From the NCBI GenBank assembly GCA_041658465.1, contig JBBAAC010000001.1, forward strand, positions 1 to 58,228: a stretch of DNA of 58,228 bases, written 5' to 3'. Below, piece by piece: positions 54,712-58,228 of this stretch. Under the pieces are notes generated by a model, which saw only the letters and a program-made list of their open reading frames with translations, made no database searches and was not told the DNA's origin. The stretch comes from a bacterium. Lineage in GTDB: Bacteria > UBA10199 > 2-02-FULL-44-16 > JAAZCA01. The position numbers were made by a program, and so were the translations under genes. The stretch's first letter is position 1, and each line of letters opens with the position of its first letter.

Positions 54712-55980
54712 TCACGCCTTGAGCGCCAGCGACACTATCTTCGTCATGTGGGTTTCGGGTCCGTAGACCTCAATCGGCACGCCGAGGGTCTCCCCGAGCT
54801 TGCGCATCTTAGCGAGCCCTTCCTTGTAGTTGGGGCCGCCGCGGCGGACGTAGATCTTGACCTTATTGTCGATGAGCCTTTGCTTGTATTCGGTCAGCGC
54901 GGTGATGATGCCGGTAAAGGTCTTGGCAACATCGGTGAAGTTCGCGATGCCGCCGCCGATGATGAGAATCTTTCCCGCAGGATTTTTCTCGCGCGTCATG
55001 AGATCCAGCAGCGTCTTCGCATACTGGTATGTAAGCTCAGTAGAAGGATCTCCAGAATACTCGCCGTAGTTGGCGAGTTCCTTCGAGAAGCCGAGGTCGC
55101 AGACCGTGTCCGCGTAGATCACCGATGCCCCGCCGCCTGCCACCATCGTCCAGACGCGGCCCTTGGGGTTTAGGATCGTGAGCTTGAGCGATGCGCCGCT
55201 CTGCTCGTCGAGATATTTTACGAACTCCTCTTCCTTTGATGTAGTCGTACCGAACGCGGCTGGAAATTCCAGATCGCCCCAGACCTTGCGGCAGTCGAAG
55301 TTCGCCGTGTCGTCAACCTTGGCAACGAGATCGAGCGGCACGATGTTTCCATCCTTGTCGAAGGTAAACGGGTTGATCTCCAGATAGGTAAAACCGTTCT
55401 CCGCGTAGAAGCGATAGAGCGCCTTGATAAAGTTCACAACCTGATCGCGGTGCTTGCCGACATCAGAGAGCTTTGACGCGATGTCGATCTTCTCTATGTC
55501 GCCCATGATAGGAACAGGGATCTGGATCACCTTGTCCCAGTTCTCCTCCACAAATATCCCGCCCTTGAGCGAGAAATATATGATGTCGCTCTCGCGCTCA
55601 TCGCGGATAGCGACGTAGAGCTCCTCGTCCTCGTCGTGCTTTGTGAATGGCTCGACGAGGAAGTGTGTCAGTTTCCCGGTGACTTTGCCGACAGTCGAGG
55701 GCTTGTTCATCCGTTCGGCGATCCACTTCTTGGCCGCATTCCAGTCGGCGTCGATGAGCAAGAGCCCGTGCTTGCCCCGCTTGCCAAAGAGCTGGTCCGG
55801 CTTGACCACAAGCCGCTCTTTAGCGAGCCACGGATTGCTCTTCACGAGAGCGGCCAGGTCCGTGTCGGGCCCCACCAGAGCCACCCTCCCCTCGTAGGCG
55901 AACGCGCCTTCGAGATACTTGGGCAGCTGCTGGGCGAGCATCCTCTTTGCATCGTATTCGCGTATGCCTCTCTGTGCCAT
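54712..55980 (-). CDS. aclB: ATP-citrate lyase beta subunit (ATP-grasp)
   Basis: MAQRGIREYDAKRMLAQ...LVVKPDQLFGKRGK. The length is 422 aa. It lies directly upstream of aclA. Confidence 0.9.
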   Translation of the reverse strand: MAQRGIREYDAKRMLAQQLPKYLEGAFAYEGRVALVGPDTDLAALVKSNPWLAKERLVVKPDQLFGKRGKHGLLLIDADWNAAKKWIAERMNKPSTVGKVTGKLTHFLVEPFTKHDEDEELYVAIRDERESDIIYFSLKGGIFVEENWDKVIQIPVPIMGDIEKIDIASKLSDVGKHRDQVVNFIKALYRFYAENGFTYLEINPFTFDKDGNIVPLDLVAKVDDTANFDCRKVWGDLEFPAAFGTTTSKEEEFVKYLDEQSGASLKLTILNPKGRVWTMVAGGGASVIYADTVCDLGFSKELANYGEYSGDPSTELTYQYAKTLLDLMTREKNPAGKILIIGGGIANFTDVAKTFTGIITALTEYKQRLIDNKVKIYVRRGGPNYKEGLAKMRKLGETLGVPIEVYGPETHMTKIVSLALKA

Positions 55981-56011
55981 GAAAACCTCCGGATCTGGCC
56001 GCCACCTGCGT

Positions 56012-56404
56012 CTTCAGGCGCCGCTCGTTGAGCGTGTAACCCTTGAGAATGTGGTCCTTCAAGACGCCGGTCGCCCAGATTCTGAATTCGGTTCCTCGGC
56101 GAGAATTGACGCGATATCCAACGGAGATGACGGCATCCAGACCGTAATAAAATACGGGTTTGTCCGAACCGGCAATGTGCATTTTTTGCACATTGCTTTC
56201 TCTCTTCAACTCTCCTGTCTGGAAGATGTTCTTCAGATGTTTTGTGATCACGGATCGCTCGGTGGCAAACAAGGCAGCCATTTCCTTTTGCGCCAGCCAG
56301 AGCGTATCCTTCTCCAAACGCACGTCCACGGCTGTCCGGCCATCCCGGGTACGGTAGAGGACAATCTGCCCCCCGGTCCCTTTGATTTCCGTCTTCTTTT
56401 TCAT
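56012..56404 (-). pseudogene. Truncated RhuM-family gene (N-terminal about 131 codons only)
   Basis: QIVLYRTRDGRTAVDVRLEKDTLWLAQKEMAALF...LDAVISVGYRVNSRRGTEFRIWATGVLKDHILKGYTLNERRLK matches the conserved RhuM N-terminal half. After that the frame runs into the aclB start region with unrelated Arg-rich sequence. Confidence 0.65.
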
Positions 56405-56733
56405 TGCAGTAACCCAGGATCGTGGCGGAACTACCAAGACGGCTCTTAATAGCACGCAGGGGAAAAATCAAGGAGAGAAAGGCGCAATCCCCACCCATCC
56501 CGCTCGTCCCGGCGGCTTCAAACATGGCCGGGATTACGAGGGCTGGGTGGGGCCCTGCGTTCTTCGGTTCGCCGCCGCCTTGCGCGGCAAACCAGGGCGA
56601 TCGATCTGGACTCCCTTCAAGCGCGCTCCCGCTTGGTTGCCGACGCTTCAGTGGCGACGATTCCGTGAAATCCGGGACTCCGACTTGAAGCCTTTGACTC
56701 CGCATCAGGGAGTGCTGGGGGCCCTTCGACTCG

Positions 56734-57597
56734 CTAGCGCTCGCTCAGGACAGGCGACGAAACGCGGAAACCGATACCGTCGTAACGGTGGCGCGTGTGG
56801 CCGAGGTAACGATAGGCCCCGTACAAAAGCACAGGAATATCATCGCACCAGGAAACGCCGCGGAGGACTCCATACGGATGAGTCCCGGAGGTATAAGGAC
56901 CTCCTGGCAAACACAAATCTTTCACCCATTCCAACACCCCGTAGGTCATGCCGTAGGTCCCATACGGTCCCTTCGGGCCCCAATTCACAGGCATGGGCGC
57001 TGTTCCATATTGATCGATCAGACAACCCGATAGTATTCTGCGCCACCCGAAGAACGGCAATCCCTGTTTGACCAGATGACGAAAGGATTCGTCTCTGGGA
57101 TCTGTAAAGATCTGCCCATTGACACCGAAGACGAAGCTTTCATACGAGCCCGCCATTTCCGCGAAATCAGCCGGAGCGACTCCTTCCGCCTCCATCGCCT
57201 CGCGCATGTTGACCGCAGGCCCGCGCCTTGCGTTCTCCCACTCCGCCTCGGTTGCCAGGCCCAGACTGCCGCCTCTCTTCTTCAAATACTCCTGCGCATC
57301 GTTCCACGAAACCAACGTCACGGGGTGGTCTGCGGGGGCGTCCGTGTTTCCGGCTCGGCCCATGACCTCGCGATACTCTGATTCGCTCACTGCCGTCTTG
57401 CCGATTGTGTAGGGAGAGAGTTGAACCCATCGTGCTGGATTGTTTTCAAACTCGCCCGAGCCGATTACCGTAGGACCGCCCGGGATACCCACCATCTCGT
57501 GGCCGTCGATCTCGGTTATCGGATACGACTCAAGCGCAGAGCTGGTGATCCCAACACATGAAAGCGCTCCAAAAGACGCCGTAGCTGCGTATGTCAT
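56734..57597 (-). CDS. FGE-sulfatase/SUMF1-family domain protein
   Basis: FEMxxTEVT-type context: VQLSPYTIGKTAVSESEY. The C-terminal motif is GVLRGVSWCDD...RYLGHTRHRYDGIGFRV (RGGSW...R...GFR pattern). Confidence 0.65.
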   Translation of the reverse strand: MTYAATASFGALSCVGITSSALESYPITEIDGHEMVGIPGGPTVIGSGEFENNPARWVQLSPYTIGKTAVSESEYREVMGRAGNTDAPADHPVTLVSWNDAQEYLKKRGGSLGLATEAEWENARRGPAVNMREAMEAEGVAPADFAEMAGSYESFVFGVNGQIFTDPRDESFRHLVKQGLPFFGWRRILSGCLIDQYGTAPMPVNWGPKGPYGTYGMTYGVLEWVKDLCLPGGPYTSGTHPYGVLRGVSWCDDIPVLLYGAYRYLGHTRHRYDGIGFRVSSPVLSER

Positions 57598-57867
57598 ACG
57601 ATTGACTCCTCCGTGATGGAACTGCGTTCTCCTCCCTTATCGCGTTATTGACAGAAAAGTTGCGGGGTTTTTTCACACATGAAGATTGCGCTTGAGATCG
57701 GACCAATAGCGCCTTGGATTAGCACTGTCCGTAAGGACTTCGATCACATCAATTATAGAATGGAAAACCACCATTCATCCTGCTCGAGGGTCCTCCTGAT
57801 CTCCTTACCTTTGAAGATCGCAATTTTCGTATCCATACGACTCCGTGTGAGACTATCGGTAGACTGA

Positions 57868-57906
57868 TCTACCCCCTCCTAACCTCCCCCTTACAAAGGG
57901 GGAGGG
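57868..57906. repeat. REP-like single half-element just downstream of icd
   Basis: tctaccccctcctaacctcccccttacaaagggggaggg. Confidence 0.8.
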
Positions 57907-57916
57907 ATTGTTTATA

Positions 57917-58228
57917 TCACAGGCTCTTCTCCAGCCTCTTTGCCACGCAATCGATGAATCCCTCGGTCGTCTCATACTTGGATGTCGGCGGCGTAACGAG
58001 CGTTGACAAGTCCTTTGTCAGGATGCCGGACTCGATGCAGCCGATGACCGAGCTTTCGACCGCATCGGCGAAGCGGACCACGTCCGGCGTCTTGTCGAGC
58101 TCGCCGCGCTTGCGCAGGGCACCTGTCCAGGCGAAGATCGAGGCCACGGAGTTCGTGCTCGTGGCATTGCCCTTGAGGTGCTCGTAGTAGTGGCGCCGCA
58201 CGGTGCCGTGGGCTGCCTCGTACTCGAA
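57917..58228 (-). CDS. icd: NADP-dependent isocitrate dehydrogenase, eukaryote/IDH1-like type (C-terminal part; 5' end outside the window)
   Basis: [45 protein letters not shown]...TKDL matches the conserved IDH1-type C-terminus. The frame is open to the window edge. Confidence 0.85.
   Translation of the reverse strand, partial: FEYEAAHGTVRRHYYEHLKGNATSTNSVASIFAWTGALRKRGELDKTPDVVRFADAVESSVIGCIESGILTKDLSTLVTPPTSKYETTEGFIDCVAKRLEKSL

Noticed and set aside
55842-56705. 287-aa minus-strand ORF spanning the rhuM remnant and the aclB start.
   Set aside because: It is in a different frame from the recognisable RhuM sequence, has Arg/Gly-rich low-information composition, and overlaps aclB.

Overview
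58.2-kb high-GC chromosomal segment from an apparently uncultured Gram-negative bacterium. No rRNA, tRNA, CRISPR array, integrase, transposase or reverse transcriptase was recognised. The backbone is housekeeping: rimO, ychF, znuABC, a DapL-like aminotransferase, prkA-yeaH-spoVR, mlaEFD, yggS, an NtrC-family regulator, ATP-citrate lyase aclBA (a reductive TCA marker) and a eukaryote-type NADP isocitrate dehydrogenase. Accessory material is inserted between these genes. (1) At the left edge, a 2,500-aa orphan protein sits behind the C-terminus of a paralog; both share a PA-rich linker and a short IGPG tail. (2) A run of four predicted lipoproteins (IPT/beta-propeller, FN3/FG-GAP and two tandem paralogs of unknown fold). 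(3) A lower-GC two-gene patch: an HExxH orphan and a fold-type-II PLP enzyme, next to a B12-radical-SAM gene. (4) A lower-GC island at about 33-39.5 kb holding two EF-hand/HExxH paralogs. Their 5' and 3' ends are about 91-93% identical in DNA while their cores are strongly diverged. The island also holds an orphan third 3' end, two ParE/RelE-Phd pairs in opposite gene order, and an autoinhibited Fic gene. (5) A 2.3-kb insertion (Rnl2-like RNA ligase, HTH-MntA, HepT) flanked by two diverged 93-nt copies of the aclA 3' end. (6) A truncated rhuM and an FGE-type gene between aclB and icd. Two repeat families are scattered in intergenic DNA: a roughly 200-nt arm-paired MITE-like element at three loci, one copy of which supplies the last codons and stop of rimO, and a roughly 40-nt REP-like hairpin. 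The candidates I rank highest for something undescribed are the cassette-like EF-hand/HExxH array with its toxin-antitoxin/Fic cargo, the giant orphan protein pair, and the RNA ligase/HEPN-MNT island inserted into aclA. All functional calls come from motif recognition by eye; no database search was possible.
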